Shown here piece by piece: positions 12,101 through 25,905 of a DNA stretch of 63,787 nucleotides. Numbering within the stretch: position 1 is the stretch's first letter; the number at the start of each line of letters is the position of its first letter. The stretch spans positions 4,262,446 to 4,326,232 of the forward strand of contig NC_057760.1 in NCBI RefSeq assembly GCF_004010195.1, in the 5' to 3' direction. The stretch comes from Chiloscyllium plagiosum. Lineage: Eukaryota. The notes below the pieces were generated by a model. The model searched no databases, was not told the origin of the DNA, and saw only the letters and a list, made by a program, of their open reading frames with translations. Made by a program: the position numbers and the translations under genes.

Positions 12101-12559
12101 CTGTAATGAAAAATAGAGATGGTTTATCCATCCTTATTTTACCACTATTTATATTGGTCACTCTTCCTGAAGCAGATTAATGAGTAGGGTATAAGTAATG
12201 GACTGTAGACACAGTAAAAGGTTTTAGTTGAAAATTACAGTCCCCCAGTAATAAATTTTGGACCTGGTAATAGATCATAATCCCAGTATTGGTAATAGTC
12301 CCACTAACAGGTAGTAGTTGCAATAATAGACTGTGGTCCCAGTTTTAGGCTACAGGCCTAAGGTATATTCCCAATTAAAGAATACAATCTGTGTAAATGA
12401 AATAGAGGGAAGGTTCAGTTGCATAGAAAATTATGGAAAAATATTAAAGGTGGGAGGGCTCAGCAGAGATTAGTAAAGTATCCAAAACAAGAAATATGAC
12501 AGGGTCAGGAATGGAAATTCAAGCACTAGCAGATAAGAGGATAACTATGAGAAGGGGGA

Positions 12560-14120
12560 CAATTAACTCAGGACTGAGGGTATCACACTTAAATGTACAC
12601 AGTACACGAAACAAAATAAAAACGCATTGAATTGAAATTAGCATACCAACTGAAATTAGCAGGTATGATGTTGTGTCTGTAACAGAGATCAGGGCTGGGA
12701 CCTAAATATCCAAGGTTACATGTCCTATCAAAAGGACAGGATAATGGCAGAAGGGACAGAGTTGCCTCGATCGTACAAAGTAAATTAAATTGATAACAAT
12801 AAGTGATATAGAGTTGGAAAGCATAGAATCCGGATAGGTAGAGTTGAGGAACCACAAAGGAAAAATACCATGATGGGAGTTATGTGCAGGCCTCTTTGCA
12901 GTAGTCAGGATGTGGGGAAGAAAATAAATTAGAGGATAGAAAAGACATGTAAGAAAGACACTGTTATAATAATCATAGGGGACTTCACTGTGCAGGTGGA
13001 CTGGGAAAATCAGGATGGTAGCAGATTTCAAGAAAAACAATTCATGGAATGTTTACCAAGAGGAATTTCTTTAGATAGAGGGTAGTTAATCTGTGGAACT
13101 CTTTGCTGCAGAAGACTGTGAAGGCCAAGTCATTGAGTATATTTAAGACAGAGATAGATAGATTCATGTTGAATATTCGTGTGCTGGAAAAGCATCCAAG
13201 GATCAGGAGAATTGACGCTTCGAGCATGAGTTCATCATCAGGAATGAAGATAGATTCATGATTAGTAAGGATTATGGGGAGAAGGCGAGAGAATGAGGTT
13301 GAGGTACATATCAGCCCTAATTGAATGGTGCGGCAGACTCGATAGGCTGTATTGCTTAATTCTGCTCATATACTTTATAGTCTGGCTATAGTTACAGACT
13401 ACAATAGGGAAAGGAATATATGAATTACAACAGGACCATGAGAAGCACTAACAATCAGAAGGATCTCAGAGTGCAAGTCCATCAGTCACTTAAGGTAGTG
13501 GGACATGGAGATAAAGTGATTAAGAAGGTTAATGGGAACTTGCTTTTATTAGCTGAGACACAGTGTTTAAAAGCAGGGGCCGGGGAGTGGGGTTATGCTG
13601 GAACTGCATAAAATGTTGGTTCGGCCACAGCTACAGCATTATATGCAGTTCTGGAATCCACATTATAGAAGAGTTGTGAGAGCAGAGAAGATTTACCAGG
13701 ATGTTGCCTGGATTAGAGATGGAGAGAGTTTGGATAGATTGCTGTTTTTCTTGGTGCAAAGGAGACTGATGGGCACATGGTTGAGATGCACTAAATCATG
13801 GGGGGCAGGAAGGAACTTTTCCCTTTGATGGCTGGCTCAATGAGCAGGCAGCATAGATTTCAGGCAAGTGGCAGGAAGTTTAGCATTTTTATTTGATCCA
13901 GAGGGTGGAGGGAAACTGGAAGGTCTCTGCCTGTAAGGATGGTTTGAGCAGAAATCCTCATAGCATTTAAGAAATATGTACTTGTGCACTTGCGATATCA
14001 AGGCATACTATGTGTCAAGTGGCGGAAAATGGGATTAGAATAATTAAGTATGTGTTTTTGATTGATATAGACTCAATAGGTTGAAAGGCCTTTTTTCTTG
14101 CTGTCAACCTTTATGACTCT
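12560..14120 (+). mobile_element. Cluster of old CR1 fragments (endonuclease and 3' regions) with a small Penelope-hairpin remnant near 13175-13245
   Basis: GDF..VDWE, LVRPQLQH..QFWNPHY motifs and CR1 3' ends. Confidence 0.6.
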
Positions 14121-14764
14121 ATCAATGACTCCAACAGGCTAAAGTCCTCGCAATAGATCATAAATTCCAGCAAAAGGCTATAGACCCTGTAATGGGTTAT
14201 ATTCCCATGTTTATTTTATATAGTCCCATGGAGCTTGAACCCTTGATGATCTGATACAGAGGTCAGGGCAATGGAGGAATCCAGCCAGGTGGACAAGTGA
14301 AGTGTTTCGTCAGTGAAAAAGTTGGTGATAATTATGACAAGACAGTTCCCTCAGGAGGAGCTTAGTGGAAGTGTTCACCCATACACCATCATGAGGACCA
14401 TGAGTTCACTGCAGCAGTGGGCCGCAGAGTTGGGTGGTGCTCCTGAATATCTATCCTGATGTACCCAGCCCAATATGGTGTCATTGTACCATGAGAAGAC
14501 TGAGAAGTTACAATCTAACACATAGGAGGATCCCTCTCAAGCCACTCCATGGACTGACAGATATTCCCAGACCTCTCTGACAGTGACCTGACCCCTCCAG
14601 TGGCCACAGAGAAGGCACTTGTCCTGAAGAGCCTCTTAGTTGCGCTGGACCTTACACACCTGGGACATTAAGACTATGCCTAGCACAGTCATCGAATTCC
14701 ACAGTGTATGGAAAGCAACAGCATGCCTCCAAGTCATCTGTCATACTTTAGGACGATGCAATGA

Positions 14765-15320
14765 CTGTAAAGAGGATGCAGAGAAGACCTAAAGGAATCA
14801 TTAGTTAGAAGCAAGATTTTAGATATATGTTGAGACTGGGAAAGCTGAGATAGATCTCCTTTGAAGAAAAGGGGATTGGAAAGAAGTTGGATAAAAGTGT
14901 ACAAGATTAAATAAGTTGAACAAAATAAACCTAGAAAAGCTGTTCCCATTAACTGATGGTGCAAGGACTAGGGATGTAGATGAAGAGTTTACGTGAGAGC
15001 ATGGTTTATCCTGCTCCTATCTCTTAAATTCATCTAAAATAGTGAGGGAGGGTAATGCACAGAGGACATGAGGAAGCACATTTTTATCCAGTAAATGGCA
15101 TTGATCTAGGAGTTTCTGTCTTTAGGAGCAGTGAAAGTGGAGATGATGAATGACTTCAAAACAAGATTTGATGGGCACTTGAGGAAATTGAACATACAGG
15201 ACTACAGGAATACAGTAGGAGACTGGGGACTGATTGAATGGTTCTAAAGCCAGCCAGTATAGATACAATGGGCTGAATGACTTCCTTCTGTGCCAGGACC
15301 CTATAACCCATTGTACATTG
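14765..15320 (+). mobile_element. Old CR1 3' fragment
   Basis: Decayed ORF2 C-terminus and the atgggctgaatgacttccttctgtg 3' motif. Confidence 0.5.
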
Positions 15321-15496
15321 AGGGAAGACAGTCTAATAAGAAACAAAATACCTGTAGTTCACAGTCACCCTTGTGCAATGGATCCAATATAGTGCCTGCG
15401 CACAATCTCTGCATAGCAACGGAGAAGTAACTTTTTACACAGTAATGACGTGCTTTACCATGACCAGAGATGACTGATTCAGCTGAAAGCACAGAC

Positions 15497-15647
15497 CTTG
15501 GCATGTGCCACTCTGGCAGGTGTCTGTAATGTGAGAACAATTCTTGCCTTCGTATCCATCAGGACAGGAACAAAAGTAACCATGCTGCATACTGTAACAC
15601 GTGGCTCCATGCTGACAGAGATTGATGTGACATTGTCCTGCAATGAC
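15497..15647 (-). CDS. Jagged-like Notch ligand, exon E (EGF9 + first two Cys of EGF10; JAG1 exon 13 equivalent)
   Basis: ttccccatag|GTC ATT... translates VIAGQCHINLCQHGATCYSMQHGYFCSCPDGYEGKNCSHITDTCQSGTCQ, then G|gtctgt. 151 nt, phase 0-1; YEGKNCSH is identical to JAG1. Confidence 0.9.
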
Positions 15648-15914
15648 CTATGGGGAAAAATGCAAGCTCAACTTCATCATACATAGAAAAGATACAACAT
15701 TCTACTATGGCATATAGTATCCAATATAAATATACACAATAACTAAAATATCTATAATACTATATGATACACAATATAAAGATTCACAAATTATCTATAA
15801 TAAACAGCAAATGCTGGAAACACCAGAATAGGTTCTTCTGAAATTCAAACAGCAGCCTCACTAATATTGTTGTCCACTCATATGATCTGCCCTCTTAACT
15901 TTACTGAGACAATT

Positions 15915-16420
15915 TCCAGGCTTGTAGTGACAAGTAACATTCATGCCACACAAATGCTAGGAAATAACTATCTCCAGTAAGAGACAATGGAACTATTGCC
16001 CCTTGACGTTCAAATAGCATTACCATCACTGAACCTCTCATAATCAATATCCTGGAGGACACCGTTGACCAGAAGCTCAATTGAAGTTGCCATACAAATA
16101 TAGTGGCTGCAACAGGTCAGAGGCTAGGAATCCTGCAGTGAATAACTCACCTTCTAACTCCTTAAAGCCTGTCCACCATCTATAAGGCACAAGTCAGGAG
16201 TGTGATGGAATACTCCCCACTTGCCTGGATGGATACAGCCCCAACAACACTCAGGAAGCTTGATTCCATCCAGGACAAAGCAACCCACTTGATTGGCACC
16301 ACATCCACAACAACTGGAATTCTTCAAGGAAATAAATAGTAGAGTTGATCAAAAGGCGCCAGTGGATGTAGCTTATTTGGACTTTCGGAAGGTTTATGAC
16401 AATATCCCATGTAGAATAAA
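15915..16420 (+). mobile_element. CR1-group (L2/Crack-like) LINE fragment followed by a short CR1 RT piece
   Basis: ctgtccaccatctataaggcacaagtcaggagtgtgatggaatactc, shared with the copies at 40135-42500 and 48420-49290. Confidence 0.6.
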
Positions 16421-16641
16421 ACATTTTCAACACTAATTTCATTAAGATTTCTTTGTTAGGAAGGACTTGAAATTTCACAGTATTGTGCAAATAGAAGTCA
16501 GTATAAGCCTATGTCAATGCTGGAGTTGATCCAATGACTGGATAAAATTAGTCAAGTTTGCTTGTTTTAAAAATATGGAATTGCAAGTGAAACTGTTTCT
16601 CATAGCTTATACAAGAATGAAATGAAAATTGTTTTACCAAC

Positions 16642-16803
16642 CTCACAGTGTCTTCCTGAGAATCCTGGAAGACACTGGCAATAAAAGCCATTGACGGTGT
16701 GTACACAGTGTGCTCCATTCAGACAGGGAGAGCTGGAGCATCTTTCAGCTCTGGTCTCACAGTAATTTCCTGTGTAGCCTCCTGGGCAGTTGCATTGATA
16801 TTT
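16642..16803 (-). CDS. Jagged-like Notch ligand, exon D (C-half of EGF7 + EGF8; JAG1 exon 12 equivalent)
   Basis: tttcccctcag|AAA TAT... translates KYQCNCPGGYTGNYCETRAERCSSSPCLNGAHCVHTVNGFYCQCLPGFSGRHCE, then |gttggt. 162 nt, phase 0-0. Confidence 0.9.
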
Positions 16804-17189
16804 CTGAGGGGAAAGGGAAAGGATCCCACCTATATCAGCAATTATCATGTCTGATAATCATCAGGTCTCCATTAAATTACAAAACATCAAACACATGGAA
16901 CATTGTCCGTATATGCTGAAAGTTTAATTGCTACCATGTGCTTTTCTGTGTTAAGGATATGCAAACACAATATCTATTATTTATCAATATTAAATAAATT
17001 TTGAGATGTTATTATTCTGCAATTTTGGGAGTGAGATAAAAGGTTACATTAGATTTGTTTTCTTTAAAGAAAATGATTCATAGCAACATTCAAAACACGT
17101 AGGGGAAAGAAATCCCCAAATCCCTTTGGAAAATTCCCTTAGAAGGATAATCAGTCAGAGAAAAGTTGCCTCCAGGAGGAGAATAGTAG

Positions 17190-20100
17190 AAAATGGTGAG
17201 GGTTGCTCCTCCAAACACAGTCTGGTTCTCTCCCATGCCTGTTGATCATAGGCCACTAGTGGGAGAGAAACTGTAGTAGCTGCCTAGTTAAAACATTCCA
17301 GCCAAAGAGACGCATGGTTGGTGCGTTGCCTCCCAAGTGCCAGGGCTCGTGATGTCTCTGATCGTGTTTTCGGGATTCTTGCAGGGGAAGGGCAGCAGCT
17401 CCAACTTGTGGTCCACATAGGCACCAATGACATAGGTAGGAAAAGGATGGGGATTTGAGGCAGAAATTCAGGGAGCTAGGGTGGAAGCTAAGACCTAGGA
17501 CAAACAGAGTTGTTATCTTTGGTTGGTTACCCGTGCCACGTGCTAGCAAGGGGACGAAGAGGGAGAGAGAGGAGTTGAACACTTGGCTACAGAAATGGTA
17601 CAAGAGGGAGGGTTTTGGATTCCTGAATAATTAGGCCTCATTCTGGAGTAGGCGGGACCTCTACAAACAGGATGGGTCTCCACCTGAACCAGAGGGGTAC
17701 CATTATCGTGGGGGGGGGACATTTGCTAATGCTCTTCGGGTGGGTTTAAACTAACTCAGCAGGGGGATGGGAACCTAAATTGTAGTTCAAGTATAGAGAA
17801 GGTTGAGAGTAGGGAAGTCTGAAATAAAGTTTCAGGGTCACAGGAGGGCATCAGCAAGCAAGAAGGTGGTTTGAAGTGTATCTATTTCAATGCCAGGAGA
17901 TTCCGGAATAAGGTGGGTGAACTTGCAGTATGGCTCGGTACCTGGGACTTCGATATTGCGGCCATTTCAGAGATATGGATCGAGCAGGGTCAGGAATGGT
18001 TGCTGCAGGTTCTGGGAATTTGATGTTCCAGTGAGAACAGAGGATATGGTGAGAGAGGTGGGGATGTGGCATTGTTAGTCAATAACAGTATTATGGCTGC
18101 AGAAAGGATGTTTGAGGACTCGCCAACTGAGGTAGTATGGGCTGAGATTAGAAACAGGAAAGGAGAGGTCACCCTGTTGGGAGTTTTCTATAGGCCTCTG
18201 AATAGTTCCAGAGATGTAGAGGAAGGGATGGCAAAGATGATTCTCGATAGGAGTGAGAGAGACAGGGTAGTTTTTAATGGAGATTTCAACTTCCCAAATA
18301 TTGACTGGGAATACTAGAGTTCAAGTACTTTAGATTGGTCAGTTTTTGTTCAATGTGTGCAGGAGGGTTTCTTGACACAGGATGTAGACAGGCCAATTTA
18401 GAGCAAGGCTACATTAGATTTGGTACTGGGTAATGAACCCAGCCAGATATTAGATTTGGAGATAGGTGAGCACTATGGTGATAGTGACCACAATTCAAAG
18501 AACTCCACCAAAAACTAAAACACCTAAGATTCATGCCACTTGATTCACTCCAACCAAGAATTCTCAAACACTAAAGACACCTGGATAGAAGAGGACGAAA
18601 TAATGATCTCCTTTGACGTTACAGCCCTTTTCACATCAATTAACATAGATCTGGCCAAAGAAACACTGGCATCACTGCCAGGACCACAAACACCAGACAG
18701 CACCAACTTCATCAGCCAAGGCAACATCCTCATGCTAGTGGACCTGTGCCTCACCACCCATTTCACATTCAATAACAACACCTACAAACAAGTCAACGGA
18801 ACACCCATGGGATCACCAATATCAGGGCTCATTGCAAAAGCAGTAATGCAGGACTTGAACTAGCTGAACTCCCATCTATCCAACCCAAACTTTAGGTCCG
18901 CTACATAGATGACACCTTTGTCATCACAAAAATGGAACAAATTAGAGGAAACATACAACACCATCAGTAACATCCTGACTGGCATCAAATTCACAAAAGA
19001 GGAGGAGAACGACAACAGACTCCCATTCCTAGATATTGCACATATTGTTAACAGAAAGCTTCAAACCAACGTCTACAGAAAAACAACACACACAGATTAA
19101 ATTCATAACTTCAGAAGCAATCATCCCAACACCCACAAACAGAGCTGCATCAAGACATTATTTCAATGAGCTACATCACACTGACACACCGAAGAACTAC
19201 AAAAAGCAGAAGAAAAATATCTATACAACGCTTTCAAGAAAAACAGGTACCCAATAAACACAATCCGCCGATTCCTTAGAAACAAATCAAAACAAGCAGA
19301 CACAACGCAACCAAAAACTTTAGCCATACTACGTTACAGCAAGACATATCAGAAATGACTTTCAGACTACTCAGACCCCTTGGAATCATGGTGGCCCACA
19401 AACCTACCAACACACTTAAACAGCGACTCATGAACCTAAAGGATCCATTAGATACTACCAGTAAAACTAACGTCATTTACAAGATACCATGCAAGAACTG
19501 TAAAAAAACACTACATCGGACAAACTAGCAGGAAAAGTGTCCCCAAAATACATGAACACCAACTGGCCACCAAAAGACATGACCCACTCTCATTAGTTTC
19601 TATACATACAGACAAGGAAGGACACCACTTTGACTGGGACAACACACACATCCCAGGACAGGTAAAACAAAGACAAGCATGAGAATTCTTAGAGGTCTGG
19701 CATTCTAACCAGAACACTATCAATAAACACATTGATTTGAACCTTAACTACCTACTCTTGAAAAAAGGAACCAGAACTGACATCACCCACCTTAGGAAAC
19801 CAAGACCTATAAATCGAGAGGTGGGACTTCACCGGAGACTCTCACTGATGATGTTACTTAGTCGTGGTGATGAAATGTTTGAAAATAAACCTTCAAGCTC
19901 AGCAAGCTAACTTACATACTTATCATCAACCTAAGCTACAAAGCTGCTCAAAGATTGCTGATCACAATTCAGTTATGCTTACTTTAGCGATGGAAAGGGA
20001 TAGGTATACACTACAGCTGGGAGAAAGGCAATTACGATTCGATTAGAGCAGATTTAGGATGCATAGGATGGGGAAGGAAACTTTAGGGCATGGGCACAAT

Positions 20101-21876
20101 AGAAATGTGGAGTTTATTCAAGGAACAGCTACTACGTGTCCTTGATATGTATGTAACTGTCAGGTAAGGAGGAAGTTGTCGTGCGTAGGAGCCATGGTTT
20201 ACTAAGGAAGGCGAATCTCTTGTCAAGAGGAAGAAGAAGTCTCATGTTAGGATAAGATGTGAAGGCTCAGTTAGGGTGATTGAAAGTTATAAAGTAGCCA
20301 GGAAAGATCTAAAGAGAGAGCTAAGACTAGCGAGGAGGGGACATGAAACATTGTTGGCAGATAGGATCAGGGAAACTCTAAAGCTTTCTATAGGTATATA
20401 AGGGATAAAAGAATGACTAGAGTAAGATTAGGGTCAATTAAGGACAGTAATGGGAAGTTGTGCGTGGAGTCAGAGGAGATATGGGAAGTGCTAAATGAAT
20501 ACTTTTTGTCAGTATTCACACTGGAAAAAGACAACGTTATCGAGCAGTAGCAGAGAAACAGGCTACTAAACTAGATGGGATTGAGGTTCACAAGGAGGGG
20601 AGGTTAAAATTCTGCAAAGTGTGAAAATAGATAAATCCTTTGGGTTATGGGATTTATCCTAGGATTCTCTGGGAAGCCAGGGAGGAGATTGCTGAGCCTT
20701 TGGCTTTGATGTTTGTCATTGTCAACAGGAATAATACCGGAAGACTGGAGGATAGCAAATGCTGTTCCTTTGTTCAAGAAGGAAAGTAGAGACAATCCTG
20801 GAAATTACAGACCAGTAAGCCATACTCCAGCTGTGAGTAAAGTGTTGGAAAAGGTCATAAAAGATAGGATTTATAATCATCTCGATAGGAATAAGTTGAT
20901 TAGGGATAGTCAACATGGTTTTATGAGGGTTAGGTTGTGCTTCACAAATCTTATTGAGTTCTTTGAGAAAATGACCAACCAGGTGGATGAGGATAAAGCT
21001 GTTGATGTGGTGTATATGGATTTCAGTAAGGTGTTTGATAAGGTTCCCCATGGTAGGCTCCTGCACAAAATACACAGGCATGGGATTGAAGGTGATTTAG
21101 CGGTTTGGATCAGAAATTGGCTAGCTGAAAGAAGACAGAGGGTGGTGGTTGATGGGAAACGTTCAGTTACTAGTGGTGTACCACAAGGATCTGATGTGGG
21201 TCCACTGCTGTTTGTCAGTTTTACAAGTGATCTGGATGAGGGTGTAGAAAGATGGGTCAGTAAATTTGCGGAAGACACTGCGGTTGCTATGGTTGTGGAT
21301 AGTGCCAAAGGATGTTATCGGTTACAGAGGGACATAGATAAGCTGCAGAGATGAACTGAGAAGTGGACAATGGAATTTAATGCAGAAAAGTGTGAGGTGA
21401 TTCACTTTGGAAGAAGTAACAGGAATGCAGAGTACTGGCGAATGGTAAGTGCAGATGAGCAGAGAGATCTCGGTGTCCATGTACATAGATCCCTCAAAGT
21501 TGCCACTCAGATTGATAGAGCTGTTAAGAAGGCATACGGTGTGTTAGCTTTTTATTAGTAAAGTGATTGAGTTTCGGAACCATGAGGTTATGCTGCAGCT
21601 GTACAAAACTCTGGTGCAGCCGCACTTGGAGTATTGCATGCAGTTGGGATGGGGAAGCCTTGGAAAAGGTTCAGAGGAGATTTACTGGGATGTTGCCTGG
21701 TATGGAAGGAAGGTCTTATGAGGAAAGGTTGAGGGAATTGAGGCTGTTTTTGTTAGAGAGAAGGTTGAGAACCTAGTGTAGGTTAGATGGGCTTCAGATT
21801 GGTTTCACAGGGTGACACAACATCGAGGGCCGAAGGGCCTGTACTGCGCTGAAATGTTCTGTGTTCTATGTTCTAT
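17190..21876 (+). mobile_element. Near full-length CR1 LINE (ORF1 esterase part, endonuclease, RT), inactivated and split by a Penelope element
   Basis: VVHIGTNDIG-type ORF1 remnant, endonuclease GVFYRP/GDFNFP, RT ORF 20713-21354, (TTCTATG)n tail. Confidence 0.88.
18497..19958 (+). mobile_element. Penelope-like element (RT + GIY-YIG), 5'-truncated
   Basis: MISFDVTALFTSI, YKQVNGTPMGSPISG, RYIDDTF, NVIYKIPC..YIGQT. Imperfect 12-bp TSD tgaccacaattc (18485-18496) and tgatcacaattc (19959-19970). Confidence 0.88.
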
Positions 21877-22182
21877 GAGTAATGAGTTGTGGGATATTGT
21901 ATTGGGAGGAACACTGAAGGGAAAAAATAAATTAAGATTAAGATGCCTTTCCAAAGAAAGGAATGAGAGCCAAATTGGGGGCTGTAACTGGTTGCTCTGG
22001 AATATGAGAGGTGGGGATTGGAGTGTGGGTGGTGTTGCAGGGTTAACAGGGAGACAGTTGGTGGAAAATGAATAACAAGCATTTAGTATTCTTATATTCT
22101 GAATTATTAAGATATTGTACAAATTGAGTACATTTTGCAACATGATTGAACAAGTAAAGTATCAGGGATCATTACTTCATAC

Positions 22183-22229
22183 CTGACAGATACCACCATT
22201 TTGACAACTTGTGGAACAGTCTGAGGTAC
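22183..22229 (-). CDS. Jagged-like Notch ligand, exon C (N-half of EGF7; JAG1 exon 11 equivalent)
   Basis: ttctgtttcag|GT ACC TCA GAC TGT... translates TSDCSTSCQNGGICQ, then |gtatga. 47 nt, phase 1-0, the same size as JAG1 exon 11 as recalled. Confidence 0.85.
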
Positions 22230-23559
22230 CTGAAACAGAAGGCAAAAAAAAATTGTACTATCATCTGGGATCATACAAGTGGATTCTTTTGACTGACATT
22301 TGAAGCCACAGAATTTAAGAGATCTGTGCTTCTGTAAAGCATAACACTAGAGTATCATGGTGAAATTTACTCTGCAGATTTGATTTCTAGTTGGCTTTAA
22401 AATGTTGTTAATACTGTTCTGAGAGTAGAAGATTATTTGATAGCTTTCAATAAGGCTAGAAAGTAGAAATCAAAACAAAGTCTTGTATGGAGGAAAATCT
22501 GAACATGATTATTGATTATTTAGAATCAAAATAAGGGAAACCTGAAGTTAAGGTGTTAGTGCTAGAATTATCTATGGTACAGTTAGATTTTAAAAAAAAA
22601 ATAATTAGAGGAAGAAAAGAAAGAGAAAATAACATATTTAAGCAGCAAGAAAATGAAAAGTGCAAGAAATCAGGAGGGAAAGGAAAGTAAAAGAGAGCAA
22701 TGGAAGGGGAAAAAGAATTCAAAAAGCCTGAACTCCAATCAGACAGAAAGATTAGACAGCATAATCTGGCCAGTGAAACACTTAACATAAAGAAGAAAAA
22801 TATGTAACTTGAAGCATGAATCTAATTTTAATTAAGGGTTGGATTTAACTGAAAAATCTATTGTGGGTGTTAAAGGGTAGAGAACCTGTGGAATTTACTG
22901 CCACAGGTGGCTGTGGAGGTCAATTCACTGAATATATTCAAAAAAGAGATGAGTGTCGATCCCTGCTCCTAGTTTTTATGTTTCTAAATTAATTGAGGAT
23001 GAAGTTACAAAATATTTTACTTTATTTGCAAAGCTTGCTGGACTGACAAATTGGTCAAAAGAAAACAGCAGTCAGCTATCTGTTCTAAGAAACGTTTGGA
23101 TGTGATGGGAAAACAACATGGAACCTTAATGCATAAAAATGAGAATTGGTTATCATCTAACTTTGTCAGAAGGAATGCCTGAGACCTGATGGAATGAGGG
23201 TACAGATGACAGATATATTAATTATGACTTAACTAAGCGTGGCTTGGTTGAATAAATATGGGAAGCTAGTATTCAGTGCGATGTGTGTTTAATGAAATAT
23301 AGTTAATTGAAATAAAGTTCTCGCTAAAAATATGCACTGGGACTCAGTATAAATTCAGTTTCTTCTAGTATATGACACGGACCTAACGCAACTAAGTGTT
23401 TTGACAGGTGCAGAAGTGACTGCATACATGGGTTTGTCAGAAGAACAATCTGGAGATGAAGTTCTTAAAGAAGCAATATTCAATGTTGGTCCCTGAAACT
23501 TAGGCAATTGAAATCTAGAACTACAAGAAATGGACATTGGTAGAATTTTCAAGGGTAGA

Positions 23560-24930
23560 GGTGATCGCCTAGTGGGGTTGTTGCTGGTCTCGTTAAACCA
23601 GAGAGTCAGGTGATGTCCTGTGAATCTAGGTTTGAATCTCACTATGGCAAATGGTGGAACTTGAATTCAATAAAATATCTGTCATTTCAGAACAGAAATG
23701 CGGAGACATTTCTTCAGCCAGAGAGTGGTGGGCCTGTGGAATTCATTGCCACGGAGTGCAGTGGAAGCCGGGACGCTAAATGTCTTCAAGGCCGAGATTG
23801 ATAGATTCTTGTTGTCTAGAGGAATTAAGGGCTACGGGGAGAACGCTGGTAAGTGGAGCTGAAATGCGCATCAGCCATGATTGAATAGCGGAGTTGACTC
23901 GATGGGCCGAATGGCCTTACTTCCACTCCTATGTCTTATGGTCTTATCTGAAACAAAGAGTTTCATGATGATCCATGTAATCAATGTCAAATGCCATCCG
24001 GTTCACCAATGTACTTTCGGGAAGGTAAATGCTATCCTTACCTGGTTTGGCTGAGTTGTGACTCCAAACACACAGCAATGTGGTTTCCTCTTAAATGCCC
24101 TCTCAAATGACCCATCAAACCACTAGAAAGTCTTAAAACAATGAAACCAGGCAGACCAACTGGCATTAATAAAGGCACTGGAAGAGGCAATGGCAACTCC
24201 GTTCTGTCAAATCTGCAAACATCTCCTTACCAATATCCAAGGGCTAGTGCCAAAATTGGGAGAGTTGTCTCACACACTACTCAAGCAACAGCCTGACATA
24301 ATTATGTTCATATAATCATACTTTACACACAATGTCCCAGACACCACTGGCAAGTCTGTAGAGGTGGTGGTACAGTGAGCGGTATACAGTTGGGAGGGAG
24401 TTGCTCTGTGAGTCCTCAATATTGACTTCAGACCCCATGAGGTCTCATGGCACCAGGCCAAACATTGATAAGGAAAATCCTGCTGATTCACATGTACGGC
24501 ACTCGAACCCCACATACACACACACCCCACATCCTTCCACACTTCCACTAATGAATTGGTGCTCCTTCATGTTGAACACTATTTTAAAAAGCACTGAGGG
24601 TCGCAAAGATGCAAAATGAATTTTGGGTGGAGAATTTCAATGTTCACTGTCACCTTGCAAAGCCATTTCCACTTCCATCTAGAAAGCCAAGAGTTCCGTG
24701 CACATGGGAACACCACCACTTGCAAGTTCCCCTCCAAGCCAATCACCATCCTGATTTGGAAGTATATCGTTGCACCTTCAGTGTCACTGGTTTTAAATTC
24801 TGGAATTCCCTCTTAATGGCATTGTGGTCTACCTACAGCACATGATTGTAATGGTTCAGGAAGGCAGCTCACCAATACCTTCTTAAGGGCAACCAGGAAC
24901 AGGCAATAAATATTGGCCACATCCCATGAA
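23560..24930 (+). mobile_element. CR1-group (L2/Crack-like) LINE with a SINE-like 5' head, internally deleted; contains a CR1 3' end at 23690-23947
   Basis: Endonuclease start (GLVPKLGELSH..LKQQPDII) and 3' end (aaggcagctcacc...aataaa) shared with other copies. Confidence 0.6.
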
Positions 24931-25095
24931 CACATGATGGAAATGATGTGGGACCAATAGTTCTGATCACTGAAGTTAGAGAACTTTAAAAACTAAAGAG
25001 AAGTCTATCGTTATTGAAGAATTCAGAAATTGCATTCTTGAAAACTTAAATGTATTTTAATGAGCATCAAGCATCAAAGTTTAAAGAAGCACTAT

Positions 25096-25414
25096 GGGGC
25101 GGCATGGTGGCTCAGTGGTTAGCACTGCTGCCTCACTGTGCCAGGGTCCCAGGTTCAATTCCACCCTCAGGTGACTGTCTGTGTGGAGTTTGCACATTCT
25201 CCCCATGTCTGTGTGGGTTTCCTCCGTGTACTCCAGTTTCCTCCCACAATCAAAAGATGTGCAGGTCAGGTGAATTGCCTGTGCTAAATTGCCCAGGGTG
25301 TTAGGTGCATTAGTCAGAGGGCAATGGGTCTGGGTGGGTTACTCTTTGGAGGGTCGGTATGGATTTGTTGGGCCGAAGGGCCTGTTTCCACACTGTAGGA
25401 AATCTAATCTAATC
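25096..25414 (+). mobile_element. HE1-type tRNA-derived SINE, full length
   Basis: A box TGGCTCAGTGG, B box GGTTCAATTCC, CR1-like 3' end gggccgaagggcctgtttcc, (AATCT)n tail. Confidence 0.9.
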
Positions 25415-25905
25415 ATATCTCACAAAGACAGTTACATCTGAGGAGATGGTCATATGGAATTAGGGGTATAAAATGTGTACAATGTAGAGATACTAGTTTT
25501 AGAGAACATGTAGAAGGAAACCGACATAATAAAGTATTATCTATAACCAGATATTGTTAGAAATAAATGAAGATGTTTTGATTGTATTCAGACTGGAACA
25601 AAAGCCATTTGCTGGAAGTTAAATGGGAGACCAATTACTATAGTGAGAAGATCCAAAGCATCCTCAGAGAAGGGGACATCAGGAAAAGAAATGGGGATCA
25701 AAACTGTATGGTAATACAAAAGAGAACATATTTTCTTACTAAAAAGGGAGAGATAACCAAGGAAAGTCAAGAAAATCCTTCTTTGAATATTGTATTGATA
25801 AAGAGAGTCATCCAGTGGAGGCAGAATATTTTATCTCAAAATGGGGGGATATTTCCTTATACTTAGAAAGATATCGAGACACACTGCAGCAAGTGCTAAT
25901 GATTC

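Noticed and set aside
14250..14760. Unassigned segment in the last intron as a possible extra Jagged exon
   Set aside because: No EGF10 or Cys-rich pattern with splice sites on the minus strand; at most a faint resemblance to an old L1/Tx1 remnant.
15435..15496. Read-through of the weak exon E donor giving a secreted isoform (GLCFQLNQSSLVMVKHVITV*)
   Set aside because: Possible in principle, but nothing in the sequence alone supports it.
16638..16641. Alternative donor G|GTAAAA 4 nt downstream in exon D
   Set aside because: It would put exon E out of frame; the phase-0 donor at 16642 fits.
25096..25170. tRNA gene
   Set aside because: The A/B boxes belong to a SINE head that continues into the SINE body and tail.
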